From a virus: DNA of 64,000 nt. The stretch covers positions 1 to 64,000 of IMG/VR virus record IMGVR_UViG_3300011116_000834, one strand, 5' to 3'. The notes beneath the pieces are model-generated. The model was not told the DNA's origin. It did not search any database and worked only from the letters and a program-made list of their open reading frames with translations. Both the position numbers and the translations under genes were made by a program. Of this stretch, positions 1 to 7,459 are shown in pieces. The first letter of the stretch is position 1. Each line of letters starts with the position of its first letter.

Positions 1-6
1 GCCCCT

Positions 7-73
7 GTTGATAGTATCTGGTTATCGGACGGTCCGATAAAATACTATCAACTTTTATCGGACTTTATATTAT
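7..73. repeat. Palindromic intergenic element (GTTGATAGTA / TTATCGGAC-G-GTCCGATAA / TACTATCAAC), copy 1
   Basis: Nested inverted repeat at 7-52; the sub-motifs recur in nearly every intergenic gap up to 5250. Confidence 0.85.
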
Positions 74-119
74 CAGAAGCTAAATCGACAATGAAATGCA
101 GAAATATCGTCTGAGGGAT

Positions 120-153
120 TTGCATCGAGCCGATTCGATGGCATACTTGTGGC
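120..153 (+). promoter_or_regulatory. Early sigma70-type promoter, leaderless (TTGCAT-16-CATACT-6-ATG)
   Basis: The same geometry occurs in front of 11 cassette ATGs in 1-5510. Confidence 0.8.
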
Positions 154-420
154 ATGAGCAACGACTCCAACAACATCGGAACTAACCCTCTCGCAACTCC
201 CGCCAAGCGCGGACCCAAGCCGATCAAGACGCTTGATCAGCTGCAGGCAGCACTTCAGCAGGAAATCCTGATGACTGAGGTGCGCAAGATCGACAAGAAG
301 ATCGCGACCCATACGCGCGCACGCAAGCGCGCTCAGGCGCAGATCAGCGACTGCGACCGTGCAGTCGCGGAACTTACCGCGCTCCGCGCTGAGTTCCTCA
401 AGACCTACGGTCTTGCCTGA
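154..420 (+). CDS. Early hypothetical protein, KRGPKP basic motif plus coiled coil
   Basis: ATG 6 nt after the -10 box; GC-rich codon usage; hairpin at 441-465. Confidence 0.8.
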   Translation: MSNDSNNIGTNPLATPAKRGPKPIKTLDQLQAALQQEILMTEVRKIDKKIATHTRARKRAQAQISDCDRAVAELTALRAEFLKTYGLA

Positions 421-493
421 CCCGACATTGGCAAGGTGACGGGGGAGGGGAGAACCCCCTCCCCCACTCTACACTTTCAACAGAAACGAGAAA

Positions 494-865
494 ATGGAAA
501 TGTTTGACCCAAAGAGCATGATTCAGGGGAAAAACCCCAACCTCGACAACGCGCAAGTTCTCGCTGCCTTCATGGATCTCGTACGGCTGAACCTTGGTGA
601 TGTTCTTCGGAACAATCGTCACAATATGCGCATGAGTTCGACCGATCTGATCGTTCTGTCGGCTGCGTGCCGAGTTCTGGCCAATATCAGGATTCAGATC
701 GGCGAGGGAAGCGAGTGGACTAGTTACGACCAGTCCAACCTTGGCATGGACATTCTCAGGTACTGCGAAGAGCAGGCTCTCAATGCAAAATCGGAAAATA
801 CTTCAGTTTCCGATGTTGCAGACCGCATCTTCAACGATCTCCGCAATGACGGACTGATCGGATAA
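494..865 (+). CDS. Hypothetical protein (123 aa)
   Basis: ORF track; followed by a GC hairpin and T run (about 887-923). Confidence 0.75.
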   Translation: MEMFDPKSMIQGKNPNLDNAQVLAAFMDLVRLNLGDVLRNNRHNMRMSSTDLIVLSAACRVLANIRIQIGEGSEWTSYDQSNLGMDILRYCEEQALNAKSENTSVSDVADRIFNDLRNDGLIG

Positions 866-924
866 CAAATCGTTGTGGTTCATGTGACCCTCGTCCGATA
901 ACACGGACGGGGGTTGCTTTTTTA

Positions 925-1012
925 TTATCGGTCAAGGTCCGATAACGGTTGATAGTATTTTATCGGATCGTCCGATAAGGAACTATCAACTTTTTATCAG
1001 ACCGTCCGATAA
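925..1012. repeat. Palindromic intergenic element, long copy; 937-978 is identical to 3690-3731
   Basis: gtccgataacggttgatagtattttatcggatcgtccgataa (42 bp) occurs twice. Confidence 0.85.
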
Positions 1013-1044
1013 AGCTAAATATCATGGAAATGTTCCTCAATGAT

Positions 1045-1078
1045 TTGCTTCTCACGATTCTGATGGCATATTGTTGGT
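1045..1078 (+). promoter_or_regulatory. Early leaderless promoter TTGCTT-16-CATATT-6-ATG
   Basis: Matches the cassette promoter consensus. Confidence 0.8.
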
Positions 1079-1351
1079 ATGAACAACTCTACCAAGTACC
1101 CCGACATCGTAGTGGATCTCTCCCGCGTCAGCGGGAACTCCTTCAGCATTTTGGGTGCAGTCACCCGTGCCATGAGGGAGGCAGGGATTCCCATCACGGC
1201 AATCGACAAGTTCCGCACCGAAGCCATGAGCGGCACTTACAACCACTTGATCTTCACGGTGACCAAGTGGGTTGCCGTCGAGGGGTTCACCCCCTACGCA
1301 GACGATGATGAGGATGAGGATGAGGATGAAGACGAGGAGGATCTTGACTGA
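1079..1351 (+). CDS. Conserved small phage protein (GNxFxILG...EAMSGxYxHL type) with acidic tail
   Basis: Promoter-defined start; recognisable phage motif; D/E-rich C-terminus. Confidence 0.8.
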   Translation: MNNSTKYPDIVVDLSRVSGNSFSILGAVTRAMREAGIPITAIDKFRTEAMSGTYNHLIFTVTKWVAVEGFTPYADDDEDEDEDEDEEDLD

Positions 1352-1473
1352 TGACGAGATTCAACAAGGGAGATGCATGGTTCTTTCATCGGTTTCACGG
1401 AATGGACGATTCCGATGACCATGATGGGGCAGACGAGAGGGAAGAGGAAGAACCATGCAATGAGGATGAATAA
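1351..1473 (+). CDS. Small acidic protein (40 aa, MTRFNKGDAWFF...), not in ORF track
   Basis: TGATG overlap with the upstream stop; terminator at about 1480-1510. Confidence 0.55.
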   Translation: MTRFNKGDAWFFHRFHGMDDSDDHDGADEREEEEPCNEDE

Positions 1474-1610
1474 TCCTCGACCCCATGCACGGCGCGTGCG
1501 TGGGGTTTTTATTTGCCTATGGGTACTATCAACTGGGAATAATAAAAAACGCCCCCTGCCCGTCGTCAGGGCAGAGGGCGCATGAACCCCATGATTATGA
1601 GACGAAGTTG

Positions 1611-1808
1611 TTATTCGCCTCTCTGCGTTTGGCGAACTTGGTCTAGAAGGATCAGACCGATGCTGCCGATCATCACCCACGCCAAGAACGACCATCCGAT
1701 GTAAAGCAGGAAGGCGAACATGAGAGGAATGGCCGCAACGACGAGGATTCCGACGATCAGGCCGATGGCCACAAGCACGGTTTCGAGGATGTCTTTTGGG
1801 TTGGTCAT
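1611..1808 (-). CDS. Small membrane protein (2 TM, MTNPKDIL...)
   Basis: Hydrophobic; starts just after the 1810 stop; hairpin at about 1550-1581. Confidence 0.7.
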   Translation of the reverse strand: MTNPKDILETVLVAIGLIVGILVVAAIPLMFAFLLYIGWSFLAWVMIGSIGLILLDQVRQTQRGE

Positions 1809-1809
1809 G

Positions 1810-2013
1810 TTAGGCCTTCCCCATTCCGAAGCAATGCCCACGCGAGAGAATGATCTCCGCGACTGGCGTGATCTCACCTGCGTCGATGCGGTCCATGCAG
1901 AGATCCCCGAAAGATTCGTCCGTAATCGTCAGGATACGGCATCCGTCGAGCGTGTTCCAAGTCTCCCCATCGGGGAAGACTACGATTGTGTGGTGCGTGT
2001 TCTTGTTGTCCAT
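1810..2013 (-). CDS. Early hypothetical protein (MDNKNTHH...)
   Basis: Start set by minus-strand promoter TTGCCT(2047-2042)-16-CATACT-6-ATG. Confidence 0.75.
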   Translation of the reverse strand: MDNKNTHHTIVVFPDGETWNTLDGCRILTITDESFGDLCMDRIDAGEITPVAEIILSRGHCFGMGKA

Positions 2014-2173
2014 GCCATGAGTATGCCATGTATTTAGCTCGAGGCAAATCATATCTACGATATTTTTGGCTTTGTTGTTATCGGAGTTGATAGTATCGCG
2101 GTTCATAATAGATATTTTTGGAAATATCATGCGAGTGATTTGCTTTGCCTTGATCTGAACCTATATTTGTCGT

Positions 2174-2362
2174 ATGAACTACCCCTTTGACGACTACTCA
2201 GATTTCGATGGTAGCTACTCAGATTTCGACGGTAGCTACAGCTACGGCCTGACTGAGAAGCAGATTCAGGATCGTATGGACTACGCGATCAACGGCAACG
2301 AGCTCGAGGATGATCTCGACTTCGGTGATCTTTTCGACGACGAAGACCCCGACGACGAGTAG
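2174..2362 (+). CDS. Small highly acidic early protein with YSDFDGS tandem repeat
   Basis: Promoter TTGCTT(2140)-16-TATATT-6-ATG; 21-bp tandem duplication at 2194-2235. Confidence 0.75.
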   Translation: MNYPFDDYSDFDGSYSDFDGSYSYGLTEKQIQDRMDYAINGNELEDDLDFGDLFDDEDPDDE

Positions 2363-2467
2363 ACCTCGTCTGTCGGGATTTTATCATACCCCCTACTATC
2401 AACATGGGAAAATAAAAACAACAACCGCTTTCGCGGTTGTTGTGTGATAATCGGTTTGTATCGTTTA

Positions 2468-2773
2468 TTACATCCGCGCTGCGACCAAATCATCAATGAT
2501 CTGATCAATCTTCTTGACACAGACCTTGCGGATCTCTTGAGGAACATCGTCGCCCTCAAAGAGGAAGTCGCCGTTCTCATCGACAACGACGAGGTGAAGA
2601 TCGAAACACTCGACCTCAGGAACAGTCTGAGTGCGACGACCAGCTGAAGCGAGGGGATAATCCCAAGCATCGGTGCGCTCGGTGTAGCTCACCATGATGT
2701 CTCCATAAACGAAGACCTGCTTGCCGTTGTAGACGATTGGCGCGAACTTGTTGTATTCGATTTCCATTTCCAT
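2468..2773 (-). CDS. Early acidic hypothetical protein (MEMEIEYNK...)
   Basis: Promoter TTGCAT(2807-2802)-16-CATATT-6-ATG. Confidence 0.75.
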   Translation of the reverse strand: MEMEIEYNKFAPIVYNGKQVFVYGDIMVSYTERTDAWDYPLASAGRRTQTVPEVECFDLHLVVVDENGDFLFEGDDVPQEIRKVCVKKIDQIIDDLVAARM

Positions 2774-2910
2774 ACCCACAATATGCCATGTATTTGGCTA
2801 GATGCAAATGCATTTAGCGATATTTCTGCATTTCGTATAAAAGTCCGATAAGGGTACTATCAACCCCGCCCCCCCATTCGGAGGGCGGGGTGGGTGAGGA
2901 AGACTGAGAG

Positions 2911-3219
2911 TTATTCGTGACCCCCCGTCGCGTAGAACTCATTCGACCACTCTTCAAAGAGTGGGTGCGTCGAGGTGAAGTCAACCACATTCTCCATCGG
3001 GGAGCAGGTGTGGTAACCATCCTGCAAGAGTGTGGCGCGTCCGATCTTCTCGCCATCCTTGAAGACGGTGAGGAAGCAGAGGTCATCGACCGCACGCACC
3101 TCCTCATATACGAGATCCGCGTTGTCGGAGCGGGAGAGGAGAAGATATCCCGCTCCGACGAGCGAGAAGGTGCATCCGTGATTGGCAAGGTGACGGGTGA
3201 GTGAGAGGATTGCGTTCAT
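2911..3219 (-). CDS. Early hypothetical protein (MNAILSLTRH...)
   Basis: Promoter TTGCAT(3253-3248)-16-CATACT-6-ATG. Confidence 0.75.
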   Translation of the reverse strand: MNAILSLTRHLANHGCTFSLVGAGYLLLSRSDNADLVYEEVRAVDDLCFLTVFKDGEKIGRATLLQDGYHTCSPMENVVDFTSTHPLFEEWSNEFYATGGHE

Positions 3220-3361
3220 GCCCATAGTATGCATTCAAATTAGCTCAATGCAAATCATCTTGGTGATATTTCTCAATATGATGTTATCTACCAATAAGCT
3301 AAAAGATAGAAATATCACCAAGATGATTTGCATCTTCAGAATTGGAATGCATACTGTTGGT
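3220..3361. promoter_or_regulatory. Back-to-back divergent leaderless promoters containing a perfect 26-bp inverted repeat
   Basis: atgcaaatcatcttggtgatatttct (3248-3273) versus agaaatatcaccaagatgatttgcat (3308-3333). Confidence 0.8.
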
Positions 3362-3616
3362 ATGAACACTCTTGAACGCAACACCGTGATCGCCGCTCTC
3401 CAGAACGGACTCTGCCGAGTCCAGTTTATCAAGGCAGATGGGACCGAGCGCGTGATGATCGCCACGCTCGCCGCATCGTACCTTCCCCAGACTACTGGCG
3501 GTACGCTCACCCGCTCTCCCGATCTCATCGTCTGCTTCGATACGGGAACCAACGCATGGCGTTCCTTTTATCTCCCCCGCGTGATTGAGTTCACGCCACT
3601 CTCAAAAGCGGCATAA
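3362..3616 (+). CDS. WYL_2 / Sm-like SH3 beta-barrel protein (DUF2693-type)
   Basis: VQFIKADGTERVMIATL...CFDTGTNAWRSF motif; promoter-defined start. Confidence 0.8.
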   Translation: MNTLERNTVIAALQNGLCRVQFIKADGTERVMIATLAASYLPQTTGGTLTRSPDLIVCFDTGTNAWRSFYLPRVIEFTPLSKAA

Positions 3617-3795
3617 GCCGCAAAGGACAACTCTCCTTTGGCAAACCCCTGACACGGTGTTGGGGGTTTGTCTGTTCCTATAATATAAAGTCCGATAACG
3701 GTTGATAGTATTTTATCGGATCGTCCGATAACAACAAAGCCAGAAATATCGTGCAAGTGATTTGCATCGAGCCAAATACATGGCATACTGTTGGT

Positions 3796-4113
3796 ATGAA
3801 CACCGCAGCAACCACAATCGCCAACCGCATCATCATGACCATCAAAACCTTCTGGCTCCCGCGCGGGATGCGCGTCGAACGATGCGACGAGCGCATCGAC
3901 GGGTCTTTCGATCTTGAGATCCGCATCGGGCATGGCGAGTCGCTCATCATGGGCATCGACGGCAACTGGGCGAAGGAGCCGGGCGAGAGGAATGTGAGTG
4001 TTAATTTCTCGCTGAAGGTCGACCAGTTTCAGGGGCATGAGCAGATGCGCCAGCTCGCGCAGTTGCTGGGTACGATGGTCCGCATCGGTGATGTTCTTGA
4101 AGAGAACCTCTGA
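3796..4113 (+). CDS. Early hypothetical protein (MNTAATTI...)
   Basis: Promoter TTGCAT(3762)-16-CATACT-6-ATG. Confidence 0.75.
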   Translation: MNTAATTIANRIIMTIKTFWLPRGMRVERCDERIDGSFDLEIRIGHGESLIMGIDGNWAKEPGERNVSVNFSLKVDQFQGHEQMRQLAQLLGTMVRIGDVLEENL

Positions 4114-4278
4114 AAGAGAACCTCTGACCATCTCCTGATTATCATCCTCTCCTCTCCCAAGCAAGGGGGAGGATGATAATCTTTAAACTACTATCAACCG
4201 CCGCGTCCGATAACAAATAAAACACAAAATATCCCTCAAGCGATTTGCATTGAGCTAATCATGTGGCATACTCTTGGC

Positions 4279-4893
4279 ATGAAGATTCTCATCTCACTCA
4301 CCGTTCTTGCGCTTTCACCTTTGGCATCTGCTTCCCTCACCTTTGAGGATCTTCCGATGCCTCCTGACCAGTACGCGACCATCCGCATTGCGGAGATGCC
4401 GCCCGCCTACAGCGGATTCACTTTCAGCAACTGGGGCTATTACACCGTCCCGAACGGCATCGACTTCAATGGTTTCGATGACGGCATCATCGGAACCCGT
4501 GCGCTCTACACTCCCACCAACAACGACAACGATGGGGGCGAGAATCGCTACACGATCTTTCGCTCTGAGCGGTTCACCTTCACTAGCGCAAGCGTGACGC
4601 AGTTGTTCGCTGCCGATAACGGTGGCGACGATTTCGGTGGCGATATCACTCGCCTCACGATCAAGGGATTCGTCGGTGACCATCAGGTCTACAGCGTCAA
4701 CCAGTACCTTGCGTATGCGGTTCGCCTGACTGTTACCGCTCCTGCGGTTGAGGTGGATCGGCTTGAGTTCTCGACGGATACGGGCGAAGGCTTCGCGATC
4801 GATAATCTCTATGCAGACCCGATTGTTCCTGCTCCTGCGTCGATCGCGCTCCTCGGTCTTGCAGGTCTGATCGGAAAGAGGAAGCGCAACTAA
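4279..4893 (+). CDS. Secreted PEP-CTERM-type (PAP variant) surface protein
   Basis: Signal peptide MKILISLTVLALSPLASA; C-terminal VPAPASIALLGLAGLIGKRKRN; promoter TTGCAT(4245)-16-CATACT-6-ATG. Confidence 0.85.
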   Translation: MKILISLTVLALSPLASASLTFEDLPMPPDQYATIRIAEMPPAYSGFTFSNWGYYTVPNGIDFNGFDDGIIGTRALYTPTNNDNDGGENRYTIFRSERFTFTSASVTQLFAADNGGDDFGGDITRLTIKGFVGDHQVYSVNQYLAYAVRLTVTAPAVEVDRLEFSTDTGEGFAIDNLYADPIVPAPASIALLGLAGLIGKRKRN

Positions 4894-4941
4894 ATCGGCA
4901 AAATGATTTGCCTTCGGTCGATTTGAGTGTATACTCTTGGC

Positions 4942-5145
4942 ATGGACACCACTCAAATCGACAACTGCTCGGACAACTACCTCATCGACGCATTCATCGA
5001 CCTCGACGCAGACTTCGATCTCTGCGTCACGGCAGCAGAGCGCGCTCGTCACCAAGAACTCAGAAATGAGCTGAAGGAAGAGATTGAGGCGCGTGGCTAC
5101 ACCGTCCGCGCGATCAACGGCGGATGGGAAATCAAGCAGAAGTGA
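4942..5145 (+). CDS. Early hypothetical protein (MDTTQIDN...)
   Basis: Promoter TTGCCT(4908)-16-TATACT-6-ATG; hairpin at about 5169-5197. Confidence 0.75.
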   Translation: MDTTQIDNCSDNYLIDAFIDLDADFDLCVTAAERARHQELRNELKEEIEARGYTVRAINGGWEIKQK

Positions 5146-5303
5146 CAAAACCGACATAAAAGGGATAGACCCCCCAACCAGTAATGGTGGGGGGTTTATT
5201 AATTTAATAATTTATTATTTTTCACCCACAGTCCGATAATGTTGATAGTATGACAAAGATTATCCCATACATTGGGATAATCGGTGATCGTAACTCCTTT
5301 GGG

Positions 5304-5474
5304 TTAGATGGTGTTGAAAAGGTTACGGGACTCGAGCTCGGCAAGAATGCGAGCTCGCTCATCCTCTTGGGCGGGATCGCGAATGATCCACTCGAGCTGC
5401 TTGAGCACGCGAATCAGCTCAGCTTCGGTGCGCTGCGAGAGGGGGATGTACTTGTGTGCTTCGATGGTGTACAT
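5304..5474 (-). CDS. Early small protein, 56 aa (MYTIEAHKYIPLSQRTEAEL...), not in ORF track
   Basis: Promoter TTGCAT(5508-5503)-16-CATACT-6-ATG; open to TAA at 5304. Confidence 0.75.
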   Translation of the reverse strand: MYTIEAHKYIPLSQRTEAELIRVLKQLEWIIRDPAQEDERARILAELESRNLFNTI

Positions 5475-5716
5475 GCCATGAGTATGCCATATGATTAGCT
5501 AAATGCAAGCGATTGTATTGATATTCTTTGCTGGTGCATCTGGTACAGACCATCCAGGTAAACCAGAGGGGTCATCACACTATGGGAAAGCTAGAAGGGA
5601 CTTATTATGGGACCCAGGGCTAGCAATTTTTCCCGCTACCAAAATCCCCCTTCAAAGTTGATTCCCCGAATTCCAAAATTTTTTCGCTATGAAAATTGAG
5701 TTTCTATAAGTCGCAT

Positions 5717-5749
5717 AAAAAACCCCCCATTGCTGGGGGGTTTTGTTTT
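5717..5749. terminator. Rho-independent terminator (bidirectional type)
   Basis: aaaaacccccc-attgct-gggggtttt. Confidence 0.7.
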
Positions 5750-6248
5750 ATTGATCAACTGCAAATATGGGAATTTCACCCACATCACCCAATCCTCCTA
5801 CTCCGAGGAATGGATATTTCGGTATATTCGGAATTAATCCAAATAGAGAGTTTAAATCGTTTGATGTATCGATCCCTGCATTTACTATGCTTCTACCATT
5901 AATGGATCTTATGAATCTATTTTGTCCAGACAATGTTCTCTTTTGCATTTTTCCAGTGTTTAGATTGAAGAACCATACTGTTGGACGAACAACATAACCA
6001 GATCCAGTGCTATGGGAATAGTTTGGCATGTTAAGAGGTGAATCTGGTGAATTCGCTGGTATTGCTGGACCAATGTTCAAGTTTCCGTTTTCATTTACAA
6101 CCCAATAGAAGTCGTTGCCATCCAGAAACCATTTACCTCCACCATTGGGTGGATATTCCGATGGTGGGATATTATCCATATTAAGGTCTTCATTCAATAA
6201 GGATTCGATTAATCTTTCTCTGATTCTATTTTTCATTTGATCGTGCAT
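5748..6248 (-). CDS. Putative head-internal protein, leader ...RLIESLLNE, Pro/Trp/Asn-rich
   Basis: Leader motif shared across the cluster. Confidence 0.7.
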   Translation of the reverse strand: MHDQMKNRIRERLIESLLNEDLNMDNIPPSEYPPNGGGKWFLDGNDFYWVVNENGNLNIGPAIPANSPDSPLNMPNYSHSTGSGYVVRPTVWFFNLNTGKMQKRTLSGQNRFIRSINGRSIVNAGIDTSNDLNSLFGLIPNIPKYPFLGVGGLGDVGEIPIFAVDQ

Positions 6249-6262
6249 ATTCTTATATATTG

Positions 6263-6270
6263 TATAAATA
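6263..6270 (+). promoter_or_regulatory. T4-type late promoter TATAAATA
   Basis: Exact gp55 consensus upstream of ATG 6297. Confidence 0.65.
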
Positions 6271-6296
6271 TCCTATACAACCTGAAGGAAAAATAT

Positions 6297-6587
6297 ATGA
6301 ACTTAAAAGAATATTATAGAGCAAGATTAAGTAATCTACTCAGCGAAGAAAAAGCGAAAAAGCAAAGTTTGGAAAAACAGTCCGATACCGCATTGGGAGA
6401 TTTGGAGGGTTTGATTGACGATGCGCATGCTAGGATGAAAAGATCTAATGATCCTAGATTCGCTGCGCAGCATAAAACCTTAGCAAACCATTTCATGGAT
6501 GCATGGAATCACCATATGGTCGGTGAATACGACAAGGCAATTGAAGTTGCTCGTCGTGGAATAGCAGCAAAAAGTAAGAAAGATTGA
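6297..6587 (+). CDS. Putative head-internal protein (MNLKEYYRARLSNLLSE...)
   Basis: AAGGA RBS; late promoter; LxE-ended leader. Confidence 0.7.
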   Translation: MNLKEYYRARLSNLLSEEKAKKQSLEKQSDTALGDLEGLIDDAHARMKRSNDPRFAAQHKTLANHFMDAWNHHMVGEYDKAIEVARRGIAAKSKKD

Positions 6588-7447
6588 ATAGAATTCTAAC
6601 CCAGATATCGTGTGAACTTGCTGCGTCTCCAGAAGAGCATCGCAGCGGTCTCATGCATAGAAGGAATCTTCCACCAGGAACTGGAATGCTCTTTCGGTTC
6701 GATGCACCAGACATTCTATCCTTCTGGGGAAGAAACACTCTCATTCCGCTCGACATTGCATTCATTGATGAGAATGGAATCATAGAGAGCATCGGAGCAA
6801 TTTCTCCACAGTCTCGGAATACCATTCGCAGCAATGGTCCATGTCTATATGCACTTGAGGTTTCTCGCGGAACATTCGATGAGCATGGTGTCCAAATAGG
6901 GAACTTCGTGCAAATGGAAAATAATAAATATGGAGTCGATGTTTCCATATATGAGGCATCAGAAAAAAATTTAAGGGAAAACACATTGAAAAGTTTAAAG
7001 ACTTTACTCAGGCAAAAATTAATAGAAAAGCAATTGTATAGTAATAATGCTCGTATAGAACAATTAAATCCTAACAATACAGGTAATAAAACAGAGGAAC
7101 CTGAATATTCACCTGAAGATCCAAATTGGCCTTCTTGGATTCCTATATTTCCTCCAGACCTTATAGAAAATGGTAGAGATATATGGATATTTAATCCCAA
7201 AGATGGATTATGGCATCATATACTTTATACTGGTTATGATACAATAATAATTAAAGATGAAATCCCATTTGGATTCCCACCAGGTGGTCATCTATATTGG
7301 AGACCAGGTATGGATGAACCTAGATTCCATTGGCCAATTATTGATAATGATAATTCATATGCTACAGAAATTAATTCACCTTCATCTACTCAAACATTAA
7401 AACCCAATTTTAATACATCACAAATAGTAGATACTAAAATAGATTGA
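6584..7447 (+). CDS. DUF192 domain fused to a Pro/Trp-rich module
   Basis: GLMHRRNL..GMLF.F....FWGRNTLIPLDIAFID...YALEV signature; C-terminal half resembles 7460-7948. Confidence 0.8.
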   Translation: MNRILTQISCELAASPEEHRSGLMHRRNLPPGTGMLFRFDAPDILSFWGRNTLIPLDIAFIDENGIIESIGAISPQSRNTIRSNGPCLYALEVSRGTFDEHGVQIGNFVQMENNKYGVDVSIYEASEKNLRENTLKSLKTLLRQKLIEKQLYSNNARIEQLNPNNTGNKTEEPEYSPEDPNWPSWIPIFPPDLIENGRDIWIFNPKDGLWHHILYTGYDTIIIKDEIPFGFPPGGHLYWRPGMDEPRFHWPIIDNDNSYATEINSPSSTQTLKPNFNTSQIVDTKID

Positions 7448-7459
7448 ATTGGAACTATA

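Noticed and set aside
4100-4127. 14-bp tandem duplication aagagaacctctga at a stop codon
   Set aside because: The copies are adjacent with no element between them. Slippage is a sufficient explanation; there is no evidence for a target-site duplication.
4315-5157. Long antisense ORFs in the GC-rich zone (4315-5157, 3568-4164, 73-312 and others)
   Set aside because: They are shadows of promoter-defined genes on the opposite strand and have no promoter or RBS of their own.
1-5250. Intergenic repeats as a CRISPR array or integron attC sites
   Set aside because: Spacing is irregular and gene-sized, and the copies vary in orientation and make-up. There are no cas or integrase genes in the window, and the ends do not fit RYYYAAC/GTTRRRY.
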